NCBI GenBank assembly: GCA_964016885.1
Contig: OZ024745.1
Span: 134,106,001 to 134,170,000 of the forward strand
Origin: Eledone cirrhosa
Lineage: Eukaryota
DNA length: 64,000 nucleotides
Direction: 5' to 3'
Shown here: one piece after another, positions 1 through 11,931 of the stretch
How positions within the stretch are numbered: the stretch's first letter is position 1
Layout: every line of letters starts with the position of its first letter
Position numbers and translations under genes: made by a program
Notes under the pieces: model-generated
What the model was told of the DNA's origin: nothing
Database searches by the model: none
What the model saw: only the letters and a program-made list of their open reading frames with translations

Positions 1-167
1 TCGGACGCCATGCTTTGACGCATAGAGTTACGGCCCTTGATGGTCTGAGTTCAAATCCCGCCGAGGTTAACTTTGCCTTTCATCCTTACGGGGTCGATAA
101 AATAAAGTACCAGTAATACACTGGGATAATTGCTGGTCTTGTGCCAAAAGTAGAAACAATTATTATT
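1..167 (+). mobile_element. tRNA-derived SINE, family A (5' end cut by the window edge)
   Basis: B-box-like GAGTTCAAATCCC, central CCGAGGTTAACTTTGCCTTTCATCCTTACGGGGTCGATAAAATAAAGTACCAG (resembles the MetaSINE-type central domain as recalled), 3' GGTCTTGTGCC hairpin and (ATT)n tail. About ten related copies occur in the window. Confidence 0.85.
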
Positions 168-603
168 GGTCTAAGCGGACGTATTTTGCTCGCTCACAGT
201 AAGTCGCTTTATTTGCGACTACCTGTTAAAATTATTTGTTGTTAAATATTTCATGTTGTGTAAGGGATATAAGCCCTTAGACTTTGCCCGGGAAGGGGAA
301 AGTATAATATTTGGGCCTTTTGGCCCAAATATTTGAACTTTTTTTTACATGTTAAAAAATTTACGAAGAAAAAAAAACAGCGATATGTCGGCTGTCGTGC
401 GACAACGACGTAGAAGTTGAGAGGAGCTCTACAGCGAAATTAACACACATTGGTAACACAAACACCACCACAAACAAGCTAAACAAAGACACCAATGATA
501 CCAATAAGAACACTAATTTTGAAATAAATGACAGTAACAGCGAGAACGAAAATACAGATAACAAAAAAAAAATAACAAATACAACAATATCAACACCACT
601 AAC

Positions 604-2334
604 ATGAAAACAAATAGCGACAACACCAACAGCAACAATACCAACTGCACCGAGAACAACTTTGGCAACAAAGACAACAATGATAACAGCGACAGTGCTA
701 ACAACAACACCAACAAGAACAACGGCAACAAAACCCCCAACGAAAACAAGAAGAACACTTTCGCAGCAGCAGCAGCAAAAAAGAGGCCATGCTTCAACAT
801 GGACTTTTCAAACAAAGATGAAAAGTTGGCCCAGGCATGGAGGCTCATCAAGCAAGAGCAAACTTGGGCCAACTTAACTGTCCAGGTAGAAGCTATTGAG
901 GCAGTGGAGCGCAAAACGGTGCATTATAGATGCATCTCAGCACAAACCAAAAGGGCAGCTTTAATCCCACAAGAAGATGTCGAAGTCGCGCTGAGGTGCA
1001 TCACAAAAGACACCCAGTACATAGAGAGGAGCAGACAATACGGCACCATTTCGGTGTTGTTCAAGTCAGAAGCCCTCGCTATGAAACACGCTATGACTCT
1101 TTGCAAAATCAGCAAGGTCATAATGTACCCCTCCCACATGGGAAAAAGAACGGCCCGTCTCCGCATTCCCAGAATCCCACCAGGACTTGACATGTGGTGG
1201 CTTCTGGGATGTGTGATTGTGGAGGGGACGGATACAGTCCCTATAGAAGTGACCAGAACGGCCAGAGAGGACTGGTCCGGGGTTGACCTGGAGATCCTTC
1301 TCCAGATCAGGCCCGAGAATGTGAAGACAATCCCGGTTCACATCCGCCTTCAGAATGGGACGGTCATACACATTATGACCGAAGGCAAAAGGCCGCAGTG
1401 TTTTGTTTGTGGGGAAAAAACCCATTTGCAAGCCTTCTGCCCTCAACTGCTGAAAGAGGCAAGGGGTCGAAAGGCTCCACTGCTGCCGACGCCGGGGAGA
1501 GGACCACAACCAACACCAGCACCGGCAAAACCAACAACAACACCAATAGAAAGACCACCACCGACATTGACCACCCAGGGGGGAAAGGAGGAAAGCTGTC
1601 AAATTCCCCCTCCCTCCAAAAATACACACACCAATAAAACCATAAACATACATACAGACACACTTACAGACACAGACACCTCCTCTACCAGTAGTGAAAA
1701 TGAGGGAAATCCAAAATCCCCCAAAATACAAAAAAGGAAACACAAAAAGAAAAAAAAACTCAACAAAGCACAAAAGCACTCACAATAAAAAAAAAACGCA
1801 CACACCACCCACGCAAAGATCTCTCCAATAACACCAACATCAACACCACCATCACCATCACCAGAATCCCCCAAACGCAAACAACCGAATCAGACGCAAG
1901 AACAAATATACACACAAACATCTGAAACGACAGACACCGAACTCACAACAAACACAGATACAACCGAAACAACACCACCAAAACCATCACCACCACAGCC
2001 ACGCAAACAAATAAAATCACACCAACAAAACATACAAAACTTCGTGCTCGTCAGGAGGGCCAACAAGGAACTGATGGCCCTCGTAGCACGAAGTGAAAAT
2101 ATACAAAAAGAGGGGGAAATTTTTAAATCGAGCACATTTCGCGTGCCGGAAGATCTGGTTCTGGTGCGAATGTCGCTCGACATATTCAAAGAAATACGAG
2201 ACATCTTTCCTCGGGACGTGGGAACCCCGAACGTAAAACCCACTTCAAGACTTTTAAAGGGGTTCCCAAAAGAAACCCCAATAACTAGGGAGGTCGAACA
2301 ACCCGACCTTCACAAGAGCCCGGAAGGTAAGTAA
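604..2334 (+). pseudogene. LINE ORF1 (gag-like nucleic-acid-binding protein) with one premature TAA at 1786-1788
   Basis: ORFs 604-1788 and 2044-2334 are in the same frame and read through except for a TAA inside an A-run. Zinc knuckle CFVCGEKTHLQAFC (CX2CX4HX4C), Asn-rich N-terminus, Pro/Thr-rich linker, basic KRKHKKKKK. Confidence 0.85.
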
Positions 2335-2367
2335 ACATTCCTCTCTCTCTCTGTTTAACCTGCCAAC

Positions 2368-5300
2368 ATGGCCGTATTAAGAGTAGGATGTTTAAATGTT
2401 CGAGGCCTGGGATCGTCCTGGAAGCAGGGTCACCTGCTCAACGACCTCAGGTCTATAGAAATGGATGTAATTGCAGTCAGCGAGACCAGGATTTCCGACA
2501 CGCGCGCACTAGCCCCCATTTTCGGCGACTATCAGATCTTTGCATCTGTTAGCCGGCCGGGAATGGGAGGTGGGGTGGCAGTGCTGTTTAGGAAAGGCCT
2601 GGATCTCGAGGTAAGGTCGATCTTCCGGGACCCGGACGGGAAGTTGGTGGTCCTGGAAGTGAAAAATAATGAAGGTGGTGCCTTTAGATTGGTGGCCGTC
2701 TATGCTCCTACTGGGGCAGGACGGCCGGACTTCTTTAGATGCCTGGAAGCCTTTCTGGGTACGTCTCGCCCTTTACTGTTAGCGGGGGACTGGAACGGCA
2801 TCTTAGACGCACGCTGGGACTGTGTGGGAGTATCCGATAGGAGCGGGGAGGTGCAAAAGCCTCAAGAACCTGATCAGCCAGTTCCAACTGTCTGACAGGT
2901 ACCGACTAGATTTCCCTAATGCGCCAGTGTGGACCTGGGCTAACCGCATAGGGTGATCTAGATCGTATATAGACAGGATATTCATTAGGAAAATAGACAG
3001 AAATAGTGTAAGCTGTCCACGTTTTGAAACGGTCGCCTATTCAGATCACAAGTTTGTGATCTGTATGGTCGACCTAAATAAGACGCGTAGGTTAGGACCT
3101 GGTTACTGGAAGCTAAACATGTCATTTCCGGCACGTAAGGCTTACAGGGTCAACAATTTAGTTAAGAAAAAGTTGACAGGGGGAGTCGTCAACAATAGAT
3201 GGTGGGGGCTCTCAAAAGAGAGATTAGAGTAATATCGATAGAGTTTAGCAAAGTAGTAGCATTAGAGAAAAATAGAAAGGGGGGGGGTAGATAAGTTAGA
3301 CGAGGCTATTGGTAGTGGCATTGCAACTGATGTGCTAGCGGCGAGAATGGCATTAGACCATTTCTTCAATGCGAAACACGAAGGTTGCATTGTCAGAGCT
3401 AAGGCGCGTGCTCTGAGAAAAGAGGGAACCAAAGCTGTTCGATGGGCCCGCGTGGCAGAGGCGCAGCGTGGTAATAAAACCTCGATTCGGTCTTTGACGG
3501 ACCGAGACGGGTACGAGCTGAGCGATTAAAAGAGGATGTGTGAGGCCTTTCGCCAACATTTTGCTCGGTTGTTCGGGGGAAGTGGCGGGTCAGAGATGGT
3601 GGCGGACTTCAGTCCCTACCTCGATGGCTTGCCGCAACTCTCGACGGCTGACGCTGGGCGCTGCGAAAGGCCAATTACTTCAGCCGAGATTCAGGATGCC
3701 CTTGTCGGCTGCATGAGGCGCAAGTGACCCGGTTTGGATGGTCTGCCCTACGAGCTTTACGTAAATATGCCAGACTTGTTCTCCAATCTCCTCGAAGCCC
3801 TCTACTGAAACTGGCAGCAAAACGGGAGTATTCCCAGTTCTGTGAGCCGGGGCGTAGTGACGATGATAAAGAAAGACGAGAACAAGAGGGACACATTAGA
3901 CAATTCCAGCCCCATAACTCTGCTCAACACAGAGTTTAAGATTTTAGCCAGGGTGTTAGCGAAGAGGTTGGCGCTTGTCGTCGGGGACTTGGTTGGGGAG
4001 GCGCAAACTTGCGCAATCCCAACCAGGTTCATACACGACAACCTCCACCTAATACGATACATCATAGAGAGGGTAGGGTGTAAACCTGGCTTCGGTGGGG
4101 CTCTGATCAATTTAGATCAATCGAAAGCATTCGATAGGGTCGACGATCGGTACCTGGAGGCTGTCCTCAAGGCGGCTGGCTTCGGCCCCGTCTTCAGAAG
4201 CTGGATCGCTGCAATGCACAGCGGCACCTGCTCGATGGTCAAAATTAATGGCCACCTCTCTTAACCGTTTCAGGTCTCCCGATCGGTCCGTCAAGGGTTC
4301 CCTCTCTCCTCCCTTCTGTACGTATTGACTCTCGAGCCTTTACTGCGGAAGCTGGAGCTGTTGCAGGGCATCCCGCTCGAACCGGGACGCGGAAAGGCTG
4401 TGTCGGCTTATGCGGACGACATCACCGTGATGGTGTCGGACACCTCAGAAATCGAGGTGGTCGGCAACTTATTGGAGAAATATGAAAGGTTGACGGGAGC
4501 AAAACTTAACCCGGAAAAGTCAGTAGGCTTGCAACTCGGCACCTGCAGAGGCAAGTCCATGCCGTCCAACAGCGTCGTTAGGCGCTGGACGGACGGACCG
4601 GTAAAGTTGCTAGGGGTTTGGTTCGGGCCAGACCTCCAGGTGGATAAGAATTGAGACGAGGTGACGGGCAGGGTAGTCAGTCTCACCCAGAAATGGGCTG
4701 GGATGAAGCTATCACTGAAAGGTCGGGCGGAGGTGGCGAACGCGTACATCGCGTCCGTCATCTACTACCGTCTGACTGTCGTCCCTTGCCCCCGTTCGCG
4801 CCTCGCCATCTTGGAGCGGCTCCTCTTCAAATTCTTGTGGAGGGGTCAGGTTCCGCTGGTGAGGCGGTCCATCTGCTGCCAGCTCCCTCTACGTGGAGGG
4901 CTGGGCATGCTGTGGCTAATGATGCGCAGGCACGCGCTGAGGCTGCGGCATCTCCAGATATTCTGCCTAAACGGTGAACAGGTGTGGTCGCCGTTTGTCA
5001 GACGAGCCTTTCCGCAGCTCGTTTCTTTGACTGAGTTGCAGTCTTGGGTCAAGAAGAGACCGAGACTGGGTGACTGGCATCTGGAATGTTGCCAGGCACT
5101 CACTGCCCTCTACCAGGCGGGCAATGCGGTCAGTGGAACTTCCACTCTCGAGTTCTATAGAGGATTAGTGGTGGGCAAGTGCGACGACGCACTCGGAGAG
5201 GCTCTGGGAGTCAACGAAGTCGAACTAACCAGTCTGTACCGGAGGACTTTCAAGCCGGGGACGATGGATAATTTCCAAAAATCCCTCGCTTGGCAGTGCT

Positions 5301-5787
5301 ACCGGGGGGCACTACCGGTTCGAGATAAACTCTACAGGCACGGAAGTGCTGTTGACGGACCTGCCCGAGATGCGCGCAGAGCGACGAAACCGTTCTGCAC
5401 GCACTCGTCCAGTGTCCGTGCATTAATGACTTGTGGAGTTATGTTGAACAGCTGTTGTCGCGTGTAGAACGGATCCGGCTATCGGCTGAGTCCATAGTGA
5501 AGATCGACCCGCCGCCTTCTTTTGGCCAGGAAGGGCAGGCAATTTTCCTCTGTCTGGTGGCAGTAGCGAAAGAGGTTGTATGGTGGACGAGGTTGAAAGG
5601 ACTGAAGACAGACACTTTTCTCTTCGACCAATCCCTCATCAACTTTTTCAAGTTTCACTTGGAAAGGAAGGTTAAGGGGGAGAGAGAAGTGCTGCCCCCC
5701 CCCCCCCCCAGTACATTTGCTGAAAGGTGGGTGAATGTGGCGAGAATGGCCCGTGTGAGTGGGCCTACTCTGGTCATGCGGCTGTAG
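2368..5787 (+). pseudogene. LINE ORF2: APE endonuclease, reverse transcriptase and C-terminal zinc-binding domain, disrupted
   Basis: MAVLRVGCLNVRGL..SETR..VYAP..GDWN (APE). PITLLNTEFKILA, LDQSKAFDRV and AYADD (RT). CPRC..ETVLHALVQC across a frameshift near 5360-5420. Several stops and frameshifts. Confidence 0.92.
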
Positions 5788-6076
5788 GTAGGTAAATTTG
5801 AAGAGGAGAGGGGTGCCCTTCAAGGATGCTCTCGAAGCGTCGGGTCGTTCAGGACTGGTGGGGTACCTGAGCGAACCCTAGGTGGTCATCCCCCCTATTG
5901 GGGAATTTTTTCTTGTAATTTTCTTGTTACTTTATTGTTACTTTGTTATTGTTACTTTGTTTATTCATATTGTTTACTCGATTTTTCTGTAAAACCCCAC
6001 TGTCCCAGTTTTTTGTATTGTCCCCTATATGTCGGCCCTTGTGGCCAATAAATGAAATCATTATTATTATCATTAG

Positions 6077-6500
6077 TGGATTGGCCTTATCAGTAGAGCG
6101 TCAGACACCATGCTTTCCCGAATAGAGTTATGGCCGTTTACGTTCTCAGTTCAAATCCCGCCGAGGTTAACTTTACCTTTCATCTTTACAAGGCGATAAA
6201 ATAAAGTACCTGTAATGCACTAGGGTCGATTTAATTGGCTTTACCCACCTCCAAAATTGTTGGCTTTGTGCCTAATTCAGAAATCAATATTATTGTTGTT
6301 GTTGTAGTTAGATTGGCGACTGGTCAGAATCGGTGAAGCGTCGAACCATATACTTTAGTGTTGCGTTCAAATCTCGCCGAGGTCAGCTTTGTGTTTCATT
6401 CTTCCAGGGTCTAGTAAATAAGCACCAGTAAGTTGCTGGAGTCGATATAATCGGCTTCTTCCTCCCTATCCAGATGTCTGGCCTTGAGCTTATGCTATGA
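6077..6500 (+). mobile_element. Two tandem family A SINE copies (about 6077-6294 and 6311-6500, the second more decayed)
   Basis: GTTCAAATCCCGCCGAGGTTAACTTT and GTTCAAATCTCGCCGAGGTCAGCTTT cores, with tails GGCTTTGTGCC..GAAATCAATATTATT and GGCCTTGAGC. Confidence 0.75.
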
Positions 6501-8603
6501 ATAGTTGTTGAAAAAGCAATTAATGATACACTGTCTAGATAGTAGGACAATTTGCTTTGTGGTATTTATGTGCCTTTGCTTTCTGCTATCAAGTCGTACT
6601 AGAGTTAAATTTACCTTTTATTCTTCAGAGATCGATAAAGAAATAACATATAATACCATGTCTCCTTCTTTTAATGGGGCTGTATATAATTTGGCTGCTT
6701 TTACTAACAGTTGGCACTGGAATCCAGTACCCGAATTAAATTTATTCAAGAAAAGTTAAATTATGTTTTCGTCTTCGAAATTTTTCCTGCACATTTCACA
6801 CCATATTTGTTCATCATATTAAATGACTAAGGATTTCTAAAGGAAAACCTGTGACGTTTATTCTTGTTACTAGATGGGAGGGGGTAACATTAATGGATTT
6901 CAATTGGAAACTAAAACTGTTTCCCGTAAACTGTTAACCTTACTTCGCCACATGATCTAGTTAACTGATTTTTTTATATTTACTCTACTAGATTACATAT
7001 GAAATTCAGGTCGGCAAAATTCGTAGCCAAGCGTCCTTAACATTCTTATTACCCCATGTTTTCTCAATTTTAAGAATGTTTTTTTGTTTTCGAATAAACA
7101 TTGGAAATGGGTAATAGGAATGCTTTGCCATAAAATATGTACAATAAAATGCAGATACAAATGATGACGAAAGAGGTTGAATTCCTTAGAGAATGTTATT
7201 ATTAATCCTTAATTTTAAGAAAAAATAAAAATATAAATGTTAATGTTTCTCTTCGAACTTCGCTGCATTGCTCACAATTAAATATTTTAGGGAGTTTTTT
7301 TATTTAATTTCGCAACTGAATAATTGTTTATTCGCTACATTTGCTCTCAGAGAAGGGAAGTAATTTCGATGATGGAAATAGAATTAACGTTTCTGAATAA
7401 ATATACTCCAGGAATCAAATTGCACTGCAAAAATTATTTTCTGCTTAGCGCACGTTAAAATTGGTTACCTGCTTGGCATAACTTTCCTTCAACCCATCAC
7501 ATACATTTAGAATTTTGTACCATGTTTTTTTATTTTTATTCCTCTGATATTAAGATCGTACACTTCGATTGAAATTTTTATTGGTTTCTTAGATAGGCAC
7601 GCAGACTCAAATTTACAGAATGCTAGAGAAATAAGATTTGGAGAAATTCTTGCTTTATTTGTTGGTATTAATGTTGTAACCTCTGCAATATTAAAACAAG
7701 TGCCCGTATGTTCCTTACAATAAGTTGTAGAAAGCCATGCTAAACAATTTGCAACTAAATAAATTAAGCCCGTCACGGTTAATTATTTCTAGGGATTCAA
7801 TGCATCAATGAAGACTGGGTACTATACATTGGCAATCTGGCAAACCAACCAACTAAGTCTCAAGTATTTCTAAAAATGTCGTATGTCCGAATATCCGAGT
7901 ACTTGAAGAACAATACAGGTTCCAATAGCTGACGTCCCTTCATTGTGTTCGTAGCCATAACACTTCCTTCAAGTAATATGTCTATTTGGATATTTTAGAT
8001 CGACGTCGGTCTGCTGAATTGTGAATGAAAAGCAAACCTCAATTAATTTGCCTCTTAGTTGAGAAAGGGGGTAAAAGAATAGCTGTAGTTATTAGCGAAA
8101 AAGGAGGGAGAATTTAAAGAAATTAATAATTGATTTTGCAGAAATGGATTGACTCGCTATATATACTCTAGATGAAGACAAAGGCTTCATGGTAACCGAA
8201 CGATCTACTTGGTTGTGTGACTCAGTGCCACCTGATATTCTTCAGAAGCCAAGTTGCTTATAGTAGACATTCCATGTAGCTTTCGCTGTGAAATGTAAAC
8301 ATCCCATGTAGCATTCGCTGTGAAATGTTTAGTCTTTCTGTTGAAAAATAATGTTTTCTTTTTTAATCGATTATCGATTGTTAATATTTCCTCTACTATT
8401 GAAAATTAAACTCAGCTTATTTACTGCAGAAACTCAGCTTATTTTCTGCAGAAACTTGGAAAGCAAATAAGAAACTTAAGCAGTTCTTGAAACAAAATTG
8501 TGATTGCAAGAATTATATTGGATTAAAGTGGCTCGGGGAAGATTAGTTACTTTTAGTTAAATATTATGTTATATTAATCTGTCGCTAAAGTAATATTTTG
8601 AAC

Positions 8604-8781
8604 TATTGAACAGTTAAACCAGGGATTGGATGACACAGTGACAGAGTATTGAACAGTTAAACCAGGGATTGGATGACACAGTGACAGAGTATTGAACAGT
8701 TAAACCAGGGATTGGATGACACAGTGACAGAGTATTGAACAGTTAAACCAAGGGTGAGATGACACAGTGACAGAGTATTGT
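8604..8781. repeat. 43-bp minisatellite, about 4 copies, followed by TTAGGGTTAGGG
   Basis: Unit TATTGAACAGTTAAACCAGGGATTGGATGACACAGTGACAGAG read directly. Confidence 0.9.
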
Positions 8782-8940
8782 CAGTTAAATGAAGGGTTAA
8801 AGTTAGGGTTAGGGTTAAAGGAAGGGTGGGATAACAATTTCTATCATGTCACCTTCAAGAAATATTAGCTTTCAACATCCGAATCTACCCCAAATTAGAA
8901 GTCTTACTCGTTTAGTTTAGTTCCCCTGTGAATGTGGTGT

Positions 8941-8985
<45 letters not shown>

Positions 8986-9166
8986 CAGTAGTAGTAGTAG
9001 TAGTAACAGCAGCAGTAGTAGTAGTAACAGCAACAGTAGTAGTAGTAACAGCAGCGGTAGTAGTAGCAGTAACAGCAGCAGTAGTAGTAACAGTAGTAGT
9101 AGTAGCAGCAATAGTAATAATAGCAGCAACAGTAGTAGTACCAGCAGTAGTAGTAGCAGCAGTAGT
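8941..9166. repeat. (AGT)n/(AGC)n mixed trinucleotide microsatellite
   Basis: Direct reading. It produces the spurious poly-Leu ORF. Confidence 0.95.
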
Positions 9167-9704
9167 ATGGAATTCACGATACTTTACCTTGCACCGTTAC
9201 ACCTGTACCAATGTTTTCTTCTCATCAGTTATTCTGTTATAGAGCAACTAAACAAACTATCAAGTTAAAACCCTTCCAATCAGCTGACCCGAGTATCAAG
9301 TGTAGTCGTCATTTACTTGTGTTTCAATATAACAAATAGTTTATCGCTCTACATGGCATATTATTATTATTAAAACAGCAGAAAAACTCAGATTACATTT
9401 ATTGTATTCAGCCATGTAGAACGATAAACTATTTGTTAGTTATTTGAATATGACAAAGCCGGCCATTAATCGCTCGTATACAGGAAACTGACTGGCCAGT
9501 CTGCTGATATGCAAATCTGGCTGATCAGTGGGTCTGCTAATATGAAGATCTGACTGATCAGCCAGTCTGCTAATATGCAAATCAGGTTGATTTTAGAAAA
9601 AAGCATATATTTTCACTAGCTCTGACAGTTGGCAGGTGAATAATGAGCTGTACTGATGAAGGGTAATACCTGCAGTTCTGTTTACATATATATATATATA
9701 TATA

Positions 9705-9821
<117 letters not shown>

Positions 9822-9841
9822 TTATTAAAATAACAGATTAA

Positions 9842-9892
9842 AGTTTAAGCAAAGAATCGCTGCTTTCACCCTTAACGGGATCTTCTGAAACT
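9842..9892 (-). ncRNA. Type I hammerhead-ribozyme-like motif with variant core
   Basis: Reverse complement reads AGTTT CAGAAGA T CCC GTTAA GGG T GAA A GCA GCGATTCTT TGC T T AAACT: stem I AGTTT/AAACT, stem II CCC/GGG, stem III AGCA/TGCT, NUH triplet CUU. Confidence 0.6.
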
Positions 9893-11552
9893 AATAAAGT
9901 CAATCTGTAAACGCAGAACTGGATATTTCAAAAAACGTTGTAACCGGAGGAAGACAGGAAGACGATACTTTGGTTCGTGGTAACGTTCGCTGGCAAAGAA
10001 CGGGAAAAAACGAATAATACATCATTAATAGGAGCGGTGAAAAACAATTACGCGCGAAGACAAAACCACGTTTATGGTATAAAAGAGGTCGTAGACTAAT
10101 GTTCTCTTAGGTGGTGCATAGAGACGTTCTCTGGCAATGAACGAAAAAACGAAGATAATAAGTCATGTGTGGAGCGTGGAGAACAATAGCACGCAAAGAC
10201 AAAACCACGTAAATGGTATAGCAGAAATCGTAGACTAAAATTCTAACTAGGAGACCAAATGAATCTCCGCTACAGAACAAAGTAAATAAATACAATACAG
10301 AAGTAATAGAAACAAATAAATACATACACGCAAACAGATACGTACATACACAAGCATACGCAAAACCTTACCATGGGTATACAAAACCACGCACATATAA
10401 ATATGTGTGTGTGTGTATGCTTGTGTACAAATAAATAAATAATTATATAAACGTATATAAGTAAATAAATACGTATATAACAAGCGCACACGCATACCTA
10501 CATATAAATACACGAATGTTCGGAGACGTAAGTCAACTAAAACAAGAAGTACACATATACACACACCCACCATACGTACGAACCTGCACACTCACGCGGA
10601 CGCAGCCCCACGTTATACTCTAACGGATAGCACGATCTATACGTGGATATTTTACGTCTTGATGTGGGAGCTAAGTATATGTTTTGTTTATTCCTTTACG
10701 TATTTGCATAGGTAAGTATATATTACCCGTATGTTTTGTGAAGCTATGTATACCTTCTCGTACGTATATTTGACTGTTATAGCGTATAATTTTTACATAT
10801 TCTGGTATTTAGGGTTTGGCTATGTGTATACGGGAGTTTTGCGTCCGCGTGAGTGTGCAGGTTCGTACGTATGGTGGGTGTGTGTATATGTGTACTTCTT
10901 GTTTTAGTTGACTTACGTCTCCGAACATTCGTGTATTTATATGTAGGTATGCGTGTGCGCTTGTTATATACGTATTTATTTACTTATATACGTTTATATA
11001 ATTATTTATTTATTTGTACACAAGCATACACACACACACATATTTATATGTGCGTGGTTTTGTATACCCATGGTAAGGTTTTGCGTATGCTTGTGTATGT
11101 ACGTATCTGTTTGCGTGTATGTATTTATTTTGTTCCTATTACTTCTGTATTGTATTTATGTACTTTGTTCTGTAGCGGAGATTCATTTGGTCTCCTAGTT
11201 AGAATTTTAGTCTACGATTTCTGCTATACCATTTACGTGGTTTTGTCTTTGCGTGCTATTGTTCTCCACGCTCCACATATGACTTATTATCTTCGTTTTT
11301 TCGTTCATTGCCAGAGAACGTCTCTATGCACCACCTAAGAGAACATTAGTCTACGACCTCTTTTATACCATAAACGTGGTTTTGTCTTTGCGCGTAATTG
11401 TTTTTCACCGCTCCTATTAATGATGTATTATTCGTTTTTTCCCGTTCTTTGCCAGCGAACGTTTCCACGAACCAAAGTATCGTCTTCCTGTCTTCCTCCG
11501 GTTGCAACGTTTTTTGAAATATCCACTTCTGCGTTTACAGATTGACTTTGTT

Positions 11553-11603
11553 AGTTCCAGAAGATCCCGTTAAGGGTGAAAGCAGCGATTCTTTGCTTAA
11601 ACT
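11553..11603 (+). ncRNA. Type I hammerhead-like motif, second copy (one stem I mismatch)
   Basis: AGTTC CAGAAGA TCCCGTTAAGGGT GAAA GCAGCGATTCTTTGC TT AAACT, followed by AATAAA at 11619-11624. Confidence 0.55.
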
Positions 11604-11931
11604 TTAATCTGTTATTTTAATAAATATTTGCTCTACTGTTCTTATATATTTGATATATATTTTCCTTATCGAGCCCTCTTTGGATTTTAGTCTTCAATTT
11701 TATTATTATTACTATATATGTGTATATATATATATATATGTGTGTGTATATATATATATATGTGTGTGTATATATATATATATGTGTGTGTATATATATA
11801 TATATATATATGTGTATATATATATATATATGTGTGTGTATATATATATATATATGTGTGTATATATATGTGTGTGTATATATATATATGTGTGTGTATA
11901 TATATATATATATGTGTGTATATATATATAT

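Larger units (their letters stand above)
168..6068 (+). mobile_element. Near full-length L1-clade (Tx1-like) non-LTR retrotransposon, inactivated by stops and frameshifts
   Basis: 5' UTR, ORF1 with CCHC knuckle, ORF2 with APE endonuclease, RT (YADD) and C-terminal Cys/His motif. 3' UTR ends in hairpin-AATAAA-(ATT)n. ATTATTATT flanks both ends (159-167 and 6060-6068). Confidence 0.92.

Noticed and set aside
311-326. GGCCTTTTGGC resembling the U2 snRNA 5' stem or a histone stem-loop
   Set aside because: Flanks match neither, and the second copy changes the loop.
7507-8220. Possible Penelope GIY-YIG C-terminus and hammerhead relic
   Set aside because: Catalytic motifs are not recognisable and the strands are inconsistent.
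10107-11338. Near-identical ORFs on opposite strands (MCRFVRMVGVCICV..)
   Set aside because: Products of the inverted arms and TA/TG-rich sequence, with no domain motifs.
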